Below, one piece after another: positions 9,397 to 18,651 of a stretch of 64,000 nucleotides of DNA (its first letter is position 1; each line of letters starts with the position of its first letter). Under the pieces are notes generated by a model, which searched no databases, was not told the DNA's origin, and saw nothing but the letters and a program-made list of their open reading frames with translations. Origin of the DNA: Dehalococcoidia bacterium (GTDB taxonomy: Bacteria > Chloroflexota > Dehalococcoidia > Lucifugimonadales > SAR202-VII-2). The stretch is taken from NCBI GenBank assembly GCA_965226745.1, contig CBDDDS010000003.1:230520-294519 (forward strand), read 5' to 3'. Both the position numbers and the translations under genes were made by a program.

Positions 9397-10266
9397 CTAT
9401 CCAAGAATGTCGGCCAGGCGGTCAACCTGGTCTATTGCCGGGTTGCAGGGCAACGCGACCAACTCGTCTATGCCGAGGCCGTCGTAGGCCCGGAGGGCAT
9501 CGGTGACTGCTTGGGGCGACGAGAGGACGCCCTGAGCGGCCTGCTCGGCGATGTCGGCTCTGTAGCTGTAGTAGCTGGAAACGTAGCGCTGTCCCTGTTC
9601 CCGGGCGTCAGGGCCGAGGGCAAAGAACACGACGGCGACGAGCCGGGGCTTGCCCTGGCGGTTGTTGTTGGCCCAGGACTGGTGGACCAGATCGAGGTAG
9701 CCGGCCAGGGCTTCCGGGCTGCGCGGCGTGGCCACGTAGCCGTCCGACCACCTCCCCACCCGCGCTAGGGCAGCATCCGAGCGGGCGCCGATAAGGACCT
9801 CCGGGCGGTCGCCAGGGCTGAGGACGGGACCGATGGGGCCAGTATCCTCGGTTGCCTTTTGTCCGGCCCATACGCGGAACATGAGGTCCATCTGCTGTTC
9901 CATCAACCGCCCGCGCCCCTTCATGGGGGTGTCTGTGGCCTCGAAGTCGTCGGCGCGGCTGCCAACTCCGAGGCCGAGGGTCATGCGTCCCCCGGACAGG
10001 GAGTGGATGGTTGCGGCCTGCTTGGCGATGATGCCGGCGCTGTGCAGCGGCGAGAGCAGGATGCCGGTGGCCAGCCGGATGCGGTTGGTGACGGCGGCTG
10101 CGGCGGCGAGGGCGAGCAGGGGCTCCATGTTCTGATAGACGATGCGGTCGACCACGAGGAGGCTGGAGAAGGGGCCGGCGTCGGCGCGGCGGGCCCACTC
10201 CGCAAGGTGCTCTCCCGTGGCGCCTCCGTGGGCTGCGGGCAGCCCAATGCCGAAGGTAATGCTCAT
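9397..10266 (-). CDS. LLM class (luciferase-like) oxidoreductase
   Basis: 289 aa, a clear paralog of 8512-9372 (GRMTLGLGVGS). Confidence 0.8.
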   Translation of the reverse strand: MSITFGIGLPAAHGGATGEHLAEWARRADAGPFSSLLVVDRIVYQNMEPLLALAAAAAVTNRIRLATGILLSPLHSAGIIAKQAATIHSLSGGRMTLGLGVGSRADDFEATDTPMKGRGRLMEQQMDLMFRVWAGQKATEDTGPIGPVLSPGDRPEVLIGARSDAALARVGRWSDGYVATPRSPEALAGYLDLVHQSWANNNRQGKPRLVAVVFFALGPDAREQGQRYVSSYYSYRADIAEQAAQGVLSSPQAVTDALRAYDGLGIDELVALPCNPAIDQVDRLADILG

Positions 10267-10326
10267 GTTCTTCCTTGGCTCCTTCCTTTGCTGGGTGGGG
10301 GAGGGTCTCAGACCGTTCCCTACGGG

Positions 10327-10773
10327 CTACAGGCGCAGGGGCAATGAAGGTGCGGCGACGGCGGAGGGGTCATCCTTCCAGACCGCCGGTTGGACGTCGA
10401 TGTAGAGTTCCAGCTCGTTGCCGTCCGGGTCGTGGATGTACAAGCTGTGGGTCACGCCGTGGTCGGTGGCCCCAACGATGGGGGTTCCGGCCTGTTTCAA
10501 CTGCTCCAGCGCTTCCCGTAGCTCGTCGTCCGTTTCACCGACCTTCAGGCCGAAGTGGTACATCCCGACGCGCCGGCCCTCCGGGATCGGTGTTGCGTCG
10601 TCACCCACTTCAATGAGCAGAAGCTCGTGATGGGTGCGGCCGGAGGTGTACATGGCGCTTCGGCCCTGGGGCCGGGCGACCTCGCGCCAGCCGAGGACGC
10701 CGCCGTAGAACTCTTTGGAGCGCTCGAGGTTGCGCACGTAGAGGACGATGTGACCCAACTCTTTGATTTCCAC
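10327..10773 (-). CDS. VOC family protein (glyoxalase-like)
   Basis: 148 aa, with LGHIVLYVRNLERSKEFY and HHELLLIE motifs. Confidence 0.8.
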   Translation of the reverse strand: MEIKELGHIVLYVRNLERSKEFYGGVLGWREVARPQGRSAMYTSGRTHHELLLIEVGDDATPIPEGRRVGMYHFGLKVGETDDELREALEQLKQAGTPIVGATDHGVTHSLYIHDPDGNELELYIDVQPAVWKDDPSAVAAPSLPLRL

Positions 10774-10992
10774 GATTTACCTCCGGAGCGCGCGCCTCTC
10801 GAATCGCCGCCTTATGGTACGTCCTATGGGCCGCCATTGTCATCTCGACGCGGGCACAGGGGCGGGGGATGGGGTGGATTCCCGCCTGCGCGGGAATGGC
10901 TGCTGGCTGCGATGGCGTTCGGCGGTTGCTTTTGGATGCCCCTTCCCTGGAAGCTAGGGAATCTCTGAACAAGCCCCCCACCCACGGCGGAA

Positions 10993-11213
10993 CCTCAGTC
11001 CCTGCCCTTGTACGCGGGGAAGGCTAGGAAGCGTCGGGACGCCCCCCAACCTCCTCCCCCAAGCAGGGTGCAGGGGGCTGCGCCCCCGCCGGGGGTAACA
11101 GGGGTGTCCCCCTGTACCCAAAAACGTCGGAGGGCGGAGCGGGCGGGATGGCGGCGCAGGCCAAGCCAAACCCTCGGCTGAAGTAGGGCGCAGGCCACAA
11201 CAAGACCCTCCCC
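10993..11213 (-). repeat. GC-rich mosaic hairpin repeat (R family), upstream flank of element copy A
   Basis: Reverse complement of the unit seen at 42521-42745, 47408-48070, 50003-50350 and 61508-61660. Contains the GTACAGGGGGA-n-TCCCCCTGTAC type hairpin. Confidence 0.8.
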
Positions 11214-11337
11214 GTTTTCATCAACCTTATCTGGCCTGACAAAGCCGCCGTCCTTCCGGCCAAGCCCGGTAACCCAGCCCGCCAGTCTGACCAGGCCCTA
11301 GGCGGCGTCCGGGCGGCCTAGGGCGTCGCTACCCCCC

Positions 11338-11705
11338 TTGCAAAATCCGAACACTTGTGCTATAATATCCCCATGAAGTGGGCCGGGGGCCCGCTTCTCC
11401 TTCTCGGAGCCTGCCGCATAACGTATGTACTGGGGGCTAACCACAGAGAATCCCCCTGTGGCAGGGGCGCTGAGGGAACAACCCTAGGGGCAAGACCGTC
11501 CGAGGAAGGCTGGGACCGGAGCGAATGCCATTGTAAGGCACAGGCTCTTTGGAGCCATCCCGCTCCGTAACGAATCGTAACAACTAGGTAACGGTTCGTA
11601 ACGGCTCCGTAACGACTCGTAACAGCTTTGTAACGGCCTGTAACGCCTTTGTAATGGCTCCGTGCCTGCAAACCCCGAAATCCGGCTGACAAACGTTACA
11701 AAGCC
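11338..11705 (+). ncRNA. copy A of dispersed promoter + structured core + phased-repeat element (candidate novel ncRNA)
   Basis: -35 TTGCAA (11338-11343), 17-nt spacer, extended -10 TGTGCTATAAT (TATAAT 11361-11366). Conserved core to ~11566, repeats 11567-11661, and 3' module CGTGCCTGCAAACCCCGAAATCCGGCTG. Confidence 0.6.
11567..11661 (+). repeat. phased short repeats, GTAAC core, 9 units
   Basis: GTAAC (last unit GTAAT) starts are spaced 10,11,10,11,10,11,10,11 nt, giving a 21-nt super-period. Confidence 0.9.
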
Positions 11706-11734
11706 TCGCTGGCTCGCACAGGCGGGAAAGTCCC

Positions 11735-12103
11735 CTACGGAAGCGGGGACGCGGCGGCGCCTCGCTGCATATCGGCGATGTCCAGGTGCTGGGCCAGGAG
11801 CATCTTGGCCTCCTCCCGGCGCAGGTCGAGGCCGGAGACGGCAATGGCCCTATAGAGCACGCCGCCGGGAACGGTGACCTCTACCGACAGGCCGGGCTGA
11901 GGCAGGGCGACGCCGAGGATCCTGGCCATGGAGTAAGCCTGCAGCCGGCCCACGGCTGATGCATAGCAGCGGGTGAGGACTCGGCCGTTGTGGAGGAGCG
12001 ACACGCCGCTGCGGCCGTGGCTCAGGGTGACCTTCATGTCGCCCTGGGGTCTGGAGAGGACATGTTCGGCGCGGTCCTGAGCCTTTGTGCGGCTGATGGC
12101 CAT
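11735..12103 (-). CDS. hypothetical protein downstream of sulfite reductase
   Basis: ORF with a plausible ATG at 12103 (the longer form starts at 12145). No motif recognised. Confidence 0.35.
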   Translation of the reverse strand: MAISRTKAQDRAEHVLSRPQGDMKVTLSHGRSGVSLLHNGRVLTRCYASAVGRLQAYSMARILGVALPQPGLSVEVTVPGGVLYRAIAVSGLDLRREEAKMLLAQHLDIADMQRGAAASPLP

Positions 12104-12184
12104 GGCTATTCCCGCCTCGCAGGCTGAGGCAATCGCCGCCTCCAATCAGGGCGGCGATTGCTTTCTCCTGAGCTCGTTGTAGCT

Positions 12185-12288
12185 CCCAGAGGGGTTGCTG
12201 CGCGGCCCCCATTCCGACCGTTCCCGGCACCCGGGGACGGTCGGATTCCTTCGCCTCGCGCTTGGAGCCGCGTCCCTGGGAAGTGGAG
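12185..12288 (-). terminator. post-stop element: palindromic CTTCCCAGGGA-type motif plus GC-rich hairpin
   Basis: Immediately 3' of the sir stop codon. Hairpin TCCGACCGTTCCC / GGGGACGGTCGGA at 12213-12245. Same architecture as 23840-23942, 33100-33210 and 61745-61878. Confidence 0.5.
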
Positions 12289-14106
12289 CTAGACGGCGCA
12301 CTCTCCCTCGCCCCGTTCGAGCTTATAGAGCGTTGACTTGTTCCAGTCCAGGTACGTGTCGATGTTCTCCTTGTTCAGCGGCCCGGCGTCCTTGTACTCC
12401 AGGGCGATGGCCTCGAAGGGATCAGTTCCGACCCGGTCCACGAAGTCGTTGAAGGGCTCGCTGTCGCGGCGCTGCTCCTGGTAGTAGGTGATGTAGTGGC
12501 GGAGCAACTGAGGGACGCGCTTGGCGGGGACCTTGGTCTTGACGCGGACGCCGAACCGGGCATCATCCCCGGCGCCGAAGTTGCCGGCGAGGAACGTCTC
12601 ATAGGAGGGGACCTGGTTTCCGTCGCCCTTCGTGGCGGCGCCGTGGAAACCGATGCTGGCGATGTGGTGGCGGGAGCAGCCATTGGGGCAGCCGCTGGCC
12701 TTGACGTTCAGGGCGTTGACGAGGGGGTCCTGGATGTTCATGTCTTCGAGGACGCCCATGAGAGCCCGGCCCAAGCCCATAGAGGAGGTGATGCCGAGCT
12801 TGCAACTGTCGGTGCCGGGGCAGGTGACGACGTTGGTGATGTCGTTGGCGCCGGCGTCGCCGAGGCCGATTTCGTTGAGGGCCTTCCAAACGCTGGGCAG
12901 GTAGCCGGAGGGGATCCAGCGGAGGACGAGGTTCTGCTCCACAGTGACGCGGACGCGGCTGCCGGCGTAGTCGCGGGCGATGGCGGCCAAGCCGTGGAAC
13001 TGCTCCGGGGTGATGTCTCCCTGAGGGACCTTCACGTAGAGATAGTTGTAGCCCTCCTGCTTCTGGGGGAACGCGTTGGTGTTCAGCCAGTGTTGGTAGC
13101 CGGGGTCTTCGTGGCCGTTGGCGCTCGGGAGGGGCGGGTGGGGAGCGTCGAGGTGCTCGTCGGGCAGGGCGAGGAGGGGGGTTGGATCGTAGTCCTTCTG
13201 CGCCCAGGGCTTCTTGAGCTCCTCCTCGACCTCTTCGCGGAAGGCCTCGATGCCGACGCGGTCGACGTGGAACTTGATGCGGGCCTTCATGCGGTTCTTC
13301 CGTAGCTCTTCACTGCGGTTGAATATGCGAATGACGGCTTCGCTGATCCGAATGTAGTCCTCGACGGGCACGAAGTCGTAGAGGGTGAGGGCGATGCGGG
13401 GCATGATGGAGGTGCCGCCGCCGACGAGTATCTGAAAGCCATTGCGTTCGACGCCGTTGGCGTCCTTCTGCACCTTGGGCCTGAAGGCCATGTCGTGAAT
13501 GGCGCTGACGACGCAGTCCCGGGCGCAACTGGAGAAGGAGACCTTCATCTTGCGGGGGAGCTTCTGGCTGAAGGGGTGGCGCACCCACCACCGGGCGAAG
13601 GCGGCCACGTAGGGGCTGACGTAGAAGGGTTCCTCCGGCGTCACGCCGGAGATGGGGCAGCCGATGACGTTGCGCACGGTGTTGCCGCAGGCCTCGCGGC
13701 TGCCGAGACCGACTTCGCCGAGGCGGCGAATGATCTCGATGTTGTTCTCGACCTTGATGAAGTGGATCTGGATATTCTCGCGGGTGGTGAGGTGGCCCTT
13801 TCTAAGGGGCGCGTAGTCCTCCACGCAGTCGCCGATGACATCCAACTCGTCGGCCGTGAGGCCGCCGAAGGGAATTTTGATGCGGTGCATCTGGGCGTCG
13901 GACTGCCGTTGGCCGTAGACGCCGCGGACCAAGCGGAAGGGGATGAACTGCTCTTCAGTCCACTGGCCGCTTCTGTATTTCTGGACCTCTGCCTGAAAGT
14001 CCTCTACTTCCTGGGGGATGAAGGGAATCACCCCCTTTGAGTAGTCGAGCTTGGCCTTTTCCTCCATCGTGGGCTCGTGAAGGCCCTCCTCCCATTTGCT
14101 GACCAT
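12289..14106 (-). CDS. ferredoxin-type nitrite/sulfite reductase (siroheme/4Fe-4S)
   Basis: 605 aa. Cysteine clusters TCPGTDSCKLG and SGCPNGCSRHH. Duplicated NIR/SIR ferredoxin-like halves. Confidence 0.9.
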   Translation of the reverse strand: MVSKWEEGLHEPTMEEKAKLDYSKGVIPFIPQEVEDFQAEVQKYRSGQWTEEQFIPFRLVRGVYGQRQSDAQMHRIKIPFGGLTADELDVIGDCVEDYAPLRKGHLTTRENIQIHFIKVENNIEIIRRLGEVGLGSREACGNTVRNVIGCPISGVTPEEPFYVSPYVAAFARWWVRHPFSQKLPRKMKVSFSSCARDCVVSAIHDMAFRPKVQKDANGVERNGFQILVGGGTSIMPRIALTLYDFVPVEDYIRISEAVIRIFNRSEELRKNRMKARIKFHVDRVGIEAFREEVEEELKKPWAQKDYDPTPLLALPDEHLDAPHPPLPSANGHEDPGYQHWLNTNAFPQKQEGYNYLYVKVPQGDITPEQFHGLAAIARDYAGSRVRVTVEQNLVLRWIPSGYLPSVWKALNEIGLGDAGANDITNVVTCPGTDSCKLGITSSMGLGRALMGVLEDMNIQDPLVNALNVKASGCPNGCSRHHIASIGFHGAATKGDGNQVPSYETFLAGNFGAGDDARFGVRVKTKVPAKRVPQLLRHYITYYQEQRRDSEPFNDFVDRVGTDPFEAIALEYKDAGPLNKENIDTYLDWNKSTLYKLERGEGECAV

Positions 14107-14423
14107 TGCGGCCTACCCCCTTGGATACGGGTTGAAGCGAAAGAATACGCCCCCTCGGGTCATTGTACGCGAGGGGGCGCAACGCTTTCCATGCTTAGGA
14201 GCAAACGTTGGCCTTCAGCAACAACACCTGCATGGGTCAACGATGCTCAACATAGCCTTGAGACCGTACTACAGGGTACGCGCCTTGTCAATTGAAGTTA
14301 CGCCGAACGGCGCCCGCCTGGGAGGGTGGGGAAGGTCGCCGCAGCGCCCTCTCAGACCCCGCGGGGCTGCGCGGCCCCGGCCCACTTGCGCTCCCCTGCC
14401 GGCTGCTGTACAACCGAGTCGCC

Positions 14424-15437
14424 ATGTGCCCCATCCACGTTTTCCACGGCGACGACGATTTCTCCATGGCCGAGGCCCTTGCCGAGCTGAAGCAAGCCCT
14501 CGGCCCGGCGGAGCTGCGGGACGTGAACCTCGCGACCTTTTCGGCGGGCGCTACTTCCTATGAGGAAGTGATCGCGGCCAGCTCGACCGTGCCGTTCATG
14601 ACGCCTGCGCGGATGGTCGTCGTGGAGGGACTTCTGGCGACCTTCGAGGGCGGTGGATCCCGTCGTGGGGGGAGGAGCCGGGCGGGGGCGGCCAAGGAGT
14701 CGGCGGGGCCCTGGGCGCAGCTCCCCGACGCGGCTGCTGGGCTGCCGCCAACCACGGTCCTGGTCTTTCGGGATGGCGCCATAAAGGATGGGAACCCCCT
14801 GCTGCAACTGCTGAAGCCGGTGGCAACGGTGCGTCGCTTTTCCCCGTTGCAACGAGAGGACTTGCGCTTGTGGGTGACGGAGAGGATGGCCCGCAAGGGC
14901 GGATCGATGTCGGATAAAGGCGCGCGCCTGCTGACCGAGTTGGTGGGCGGCAACCTGTGGGCGCTGGACACCGAACTGGAAAAGCTCCAACTGTACGCAG
15001 GGGAGCGGCCGGTGTCGGAGGATGACGTGCGGCTGCTGGTGTCGCGGGCCCGGGAGGCCAACATCTTCGCCGCCGTGGACGCAATGGTGGAGGGCCGTCA
15101 GGCGGCGGCGCTGCGGGAGTTGCAGCGCCTGTTGGCCGACGGGGCGGCGGCGCCCTACATACTGACGATGATTGTGCGGCAGGTGCGGCTGGTGCTGCTG
15201 GCGCTGTCCCTGAAGGGGCAGCGCCTTGGAGAGCAGGAGCTGTCGAAGAGGCTGGGCGTTTCGTCTCCGTATGTTCTAAGGAAGGTGCAGGAGCAGTCTC
15301 AGCGGTTCACGACGGCCAAGCTGACGGCGCTCTACCGGCAGCTCTTGGACGCCGACACCGCGGTCAAGACGGGCGCAGGCGCGCCCGAAAGCGTCCTGGA
15401 ATTGCTGGTGACGGACGTGTCGAGGGCCGGGCGTTAG
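14424..15437 (+). CDS. holA: DNA polymerase III subunit delta
   Basis: MCPIHVFHGDDDF N-terminus and a C-terminal helical domain typical of HolA. The longer ORF from 14292 is unlikely. Confidence 0.75.
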   Translation: MCPIHVFHGDDDFSMAEALAELKQALGPAELRDVNLATFSAGATSYEEVIAASSTVPFMTPARMVVVEGLLATFEGGGSRRGGRSRAGAAKESAGPWAQLPDAAAGLPPTTVLVFRDGAIKDGNPLLQLLKPVATVRRFSPLQREDLRLWVTERMARKGGSMSDKGARLLTELVGGNLWALDTELEKLQLYAGERPVSEDDVRLLVSRAREANIFAAVDAMVEGRQAAALRELQRLLADGAAAPYILTMIVRQVRLVLLALSLKGQRLGEQELSKRLGVSSPYVLRKVQEQSQRFTTAKLTALYRQLLDADTAVKTGAGAPESVLELLVTDVSRAGR

Positions 15438-15445
15438 CTGTAGTT

Positions 15446-15890
15446 CCCGTGGAGGTCGGCGTCCGGGTACGGCAGGGACGAACTCATCGCCAGGGCCTTC
15501 GACATGGGGGCAGTCGATTGCGTCGTCAAGCCCTTCTCGCCGACGGAGTTCATGGCGAGGGTCAGGCGGCTCTGCGCAAGCGGGTGTGCCCGAACTAGGC
15601 GAGCCTCCCGAACCATGTCTACTGGGAGACCTGACCATCGACTACACTCAACGCCGGGTGACCGTCACCGAGCGCCCGGTGGAGCTTACCGGCATCGAGT
15701 ACCGGGTGCTGGCCAAGGTTTCGGTCAGCGAAGGCCAGGTGCTGACCAACGTCCAGTTGCTGCAACGGGTCTGGCATCTTGAGGTGCGCAACATCGTCAA
15801 GAGGTTGCGCCGAATGCTGGGGGACGACGCCAGTAACCCCATCTACAAGTTCAACGAGCCTCACGTAAGCTCCGGATACCCGAGGAAGAG
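15446..15890 (+). pseudogene. OmpR/PhoB-family response regulator remnant (5'-truncated, frameshifted)
   Basis: Only the last ~35 aa of a receiver domain remain (SGYGRDELIARAFDMGAVDCVVKPFSPTEFMARVRR). A frame change then leads into the winged-helix part (LGDLTIDYTQRRVTVTERPVELTGIEYRVL...QLLQRVW...VKRLRRMLGDDASNPIY). No N-terminal receiver half or start codon is present. Confidence 0.75.
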
Positions 15891-15998
15891 AATCCTACTC
15901 AGGTCATACCATGACCGTCAAGGACTGCGCTGTCGCCCTCATGTCTATGAGGCTGCCGTTTGGAGCGGATCCAAATGCTTGTCGGAGTTACGTAGGAG

Positions 15999-18074
15999 GT
16001 GATACAACTATCGGGGAGGTCAAGATATCGAATGATAGCGAGGAATGATTTGAAGGTAGAGTTCTCAAGGCTGACCTCCGATGATCTAGGCGCCGTCGAC
16101 GACTTGATGAAACGCAATAGCCGAACTCTTGGCTTTCTGCCGACTGAGGCGCTCATCGACTACCTTCACAAGAGACGCGTCTTGGGTGCCAAGATTGGAG
16201 GTGATAGGCTCGTTGGGTACCTGCTCTATGCGCCTATTCAGAGTCGCTTTCGGATTGTTCAACTCTGCGTCTCGCAAGAATTCAGAGGCTACGGCATCGC
16301 GAGCCACCTCCTTGAAGAACTCAAGGACGTTGCTACGACGCAGTCCGCCATAACTCTCAGCTGCCGCCGGGACTTCCCTGCACATTACATGTGGCCGAAA
16401 TTAGGCTTTGTTTCAATTGGGGAAAGGCCGGGCCGTTCCGTAGCTGGGCACCTCTTAACACTTTGGCACCTCCCCCTGAACCCAGCCAATCAAATGGACC
16501 TGGGACTGTTCAAGGCACAAACATCAGATGAGACCATCGATGTCATCATTGATGCCCAAGTATTCTTTGAGCTGTCTAAGCCAGACAGTGATGAGTCGGA
16601 AGGGTCCAAGGCTCTGCTATCTGACTTTTTGGTAGATTCCCTCAACCTTTGGATCACCGATGAATTGCTCAACGAAATCCATCGGAGCGACGACCCCGAG
16701 CAACGACGGGCAGGGCGATCCCGAATACAGCAATTCCCACAGGTGACATATTCTCCACGCTTGGTTGATGACTTCTATAGCCGCTTGATGACTACCCTGC
16801 CCGACCGCACACCCAGCCAAGTCTCCGACATTAAGCATCTAGCGAAGGCTGCCTCTTCCGATGTGAATGTCTTTGTCACCAGAGATCAGTCTCTACTGAG
16901 AAAGGCACAGGAGATTGCAGACTTAACGAATCGCCGGGTGCTGTCCCCAACAGAGTTGATAATTGAGCTCCACGAACTCCTCGAAGGACAGTCCTATGGA
17001 CCTCACCGCGTTTCTGGTCTTCGTCTCGGATGGTATCGCTTTACCGTCCGCGACCTCGCATCTCTTCCGATCGACTCTTTCCTTAACGAAGGAGAAGGGC
17101 AGAGGCAGTTGAGGAGGGAACTGGATCGCTACCTAGTTCGTCCCAACAACTACCAGTGTGAGCTACTCAAAGCGGAGGACAACGATGTCGCAATCCGAAT
17201 CATCCCCACCACTCCTAAGGCGACAGTCACTGTACCCTTGGCCAGAGTAGCGCGCACCGCCGAGCGATCGCTGTTCGGACGCTTCCTGATCGCAGACACT
17301 ATTGCAAAGGCGGTAGACAACAACCAGGACATGGTTGAGTTCGAGCTGTCCGGGCTTACTTCCTCGTTGATACCGGACCTCATGGAGATGGGATTCACAA
17401 GATGCAGGTATACCTTTGCGAAGTTCTGTTTCTCACGCTGCCTCGATCGGGAAGATGCTCTCCAGACGATTGCGACTCTATCACCTGAATTGGAGGCTGC
17501 ATATGACGATGTGTCAGACCTCGAACTTGAACGCTACTGCGCACCTGTGAGTTTAGATGCAGACCAGAACTATTTTCTGGTTCCGATTCGACCAGGTTAT
17601 GCTATCAGCTTGATCGACAGAGCGCTGTCGTCTAGTGACATGTTCGGTGGAGACCCTTCTGTCTTGTTGCGGTGGGAAAACGTCTATTACCGAAAGGCTG
17701 CTACGTCGAGGAAGATTCTGAAGGCCCCTGGGCGCATTCTCTGGTACGTGAGTCGCAGTCAGAAACAGATCGTAGCAGTATCCCATCTTGACGAAGTGGT
17801 GGTCGATACCGCCAAAGTACTTTTCAGGAGGTTCAAGAAGTTCGGGATACTGGGATGGGAGGAACTCTACGGAATGTGCGCCGGTGATACTTCGATGGAA
17901 TTGATGGCGCTGCAGTTCTCCCATACGTTTGTCTTTAGAAGGAGGATTCCATTGAAGGCGGTGCGGATGGTCTATGATGAGGAAGGGAGTGGCTTGACTG
18001 TGCGACTCCCGACACACATGCCGGCGAGCAGATTTCAGAAGCTGTTTAAGCTAGGCTTTCCAGATTGCTCATGA
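15999..18074 (+). CDS. multidomain protein: GNAT acetyltransferase - PIN nuclease - second (degenerate) GNAT-like - C-terminal ASCH/PUA-like domain
   Basis: 691 aa in an AT-richer island. GNAT motif A QLCVSQEFRGYGIASHLLEEL...LGFVSIG. PIN acidic residues (DVIIDAQVFFEL, ITDELLNEI, SDVNVFVTRDQSLL). The C-terminal region (ILWYVSRSQKQIVAVSHLDEVVV...) parallels the downstream ASCH protein. Start is uncertain (GTG 15999 or ATG 16032). Confidence 0.6.
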   Translation: MIQLSGRSRYRMIARNDLKVEFSRLTSDDLGAVDDLMKRNSRTLGFLPTEALIDYLHKRRVLGAKIGGDRLVGYLLYAPIQSRFRIVQLCVSQEFRGYGIASHLLEELKDVATTQSAITLSCRRDFPAHYMWPKLGFVSIGERPGRSVAGHLLTLWHLPLNPANQMDLGLFKAQTSDETIDVIIDAQVFFELSKPDSDESEGSKALLSDFLVDSLNLWITDELLNEIHRSDDPEQRRAGRSRIQQFPQVTYSPRLVDDFYSRLMTTLPDRTPSQVSDIKHLAKAASSDVNVFVTRDQSLLRKAQEIADLTNRRVLSPTELIIELHELLEGQSYGPHRVSGLRLGWYRFTVRDLASLPIDSFLNEGEGQRQLRRELDRYLVRPNNYQCELLKAEDNDVAIRIIPTTPKATVTVPLARVARTAERSLFGRFLIADTIAKAVDNNQDMVEFELSGLTSSLIPDLMEMGFTRCRYTFAKFCFSRCLDREDALQTIATLSPELEAAYDDVSDLELERYCAPVSLDADQNYFLVPIRPGYAISLIDRALSSSDMFGGDPSVLLRWENVYYRKAATSRKILKAPGRILWYVSRSQKQIVAVSHLDEVVVDTAKVLFRRFKKFGILGWEELYGMCAGDTSMELMALQFSHTFVFRRRIPLKAVRMVYDEEGSGLTVRLPTHMPASRFQKLFKLGFPDCS

Positions 18075-18553
18075 CCACAGCGTTGCGATCCTTGATCATC
18101 TCGCTGAAGCCGTGTTATGCCGACTTGTTATTTGAGGGTTTGAAGAAGGTTGAACTTCGGCGACGGATTGCTTCCCAGATAAATGACCGAGACGTGTTCA
18201 TTTATGTTTCCAGCCCAGTTAGGGAATTGCGTGGAGGCTTCCGTGTCGGTCAGGTATGGGAAGGATCACCCGACGCCGTGTGGAACAGTGTGGCTGAACT
18301 GGCGACTGTCGATAGACGGGTATTTGACGCCTATTTCCAAGGTCGGACCGTCGCTTATGCAATAGAAATCACGAATGTGTGGGAATACCAAAGTCCGGTG
18401 GGTCTCAGTTGGTTGAGAGATCGGTTCGAGAATTTTGTTGTTCCGCAGTCGTGGCGATATGCCAAACCTGAAGAGCGAGAGGCCTTCCAGAAGATGAGGG
18501 GACGAGCAAATGAAGAGGCCCAAAATGAGATCATATTGGTTGAAACTACCTAA
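18065..18553 (+). CDS. ASCH domain protein
   Basis: Overlaps the upstream gene by 10 nt. LIISLKPCYADLLFEGLKKVELRRR, DVFIYVSSPVRELRGGFRV, and PQSWRY are typical of ASCH/PUA-like folds. Confidence 0.65.
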   Translation: MLMTTALRSLIISLKPCYADLLFEGLKKVELRRRIASQINDRDVFIYVSSPVRELRGGFRVGQVWEGSPDAVWNSVAELATVDRRVFDAYFQGRTVAYAIEITNVWEYQSPVGLSWLRDRFENFVVPQSWRYAKPEEREAFQKMRGRANEEAQNEIILVETT

Positions 18554-18651
18554 CAGGTGATAAGACGAGTAAGCTGTGCTCACCGCCGGCGTTTCCTGAC
18601 ACCGAGCGAAGGAATGGATTCCCGGCACCGCAATCCGGTTGAAAGGCAGAT

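Noticed and set aside
11440-11560. Resemblance of the core to known riboswitch or RNase P segments (GCTGAGGGAACAACCC like the TPP CUGAGA region, GGGGCAA like glycine, GAGGAAGGCTGGGAC like RNase P GAGGAAAGUCCGGGC)
   Set aside because: Only short local matches are present. The remaining obligatory conserved blocks of those families are absent. Five near-identical copies with their own promoters do not fit cis-regulatory riboswitches or a single-copy RNase P gene.
11355-11570. Conserved small ORF MCYNIPMKWAGGPLL... inside the element core (also at 20194-20481 and 61267-61482)
   Set aside because: The listed start overlaps the -10 box. The internal ATG-led frame is broken by TGG to TAG in copy C, the C-termini differ in every copy, and substitutions fall in hairpin loops or are pairing-compatible rather than synonymous. 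A structured RNA/DNA element is the better explanation.
11567-11661. Possible CRISPR array or heptad-repeat coding sequence in the phased repeats
   Set aside because: Units of 10-11 nt have no spacer/repeat alternation and there are no cas genes, so this is not CRISPR. The 21-nt super-period gives VTxRYxx-like heptads in one antisense frame, but the frames are not conserved between copies, and copy D has an 11-nt period that is incompatible with a conserved reading frame.
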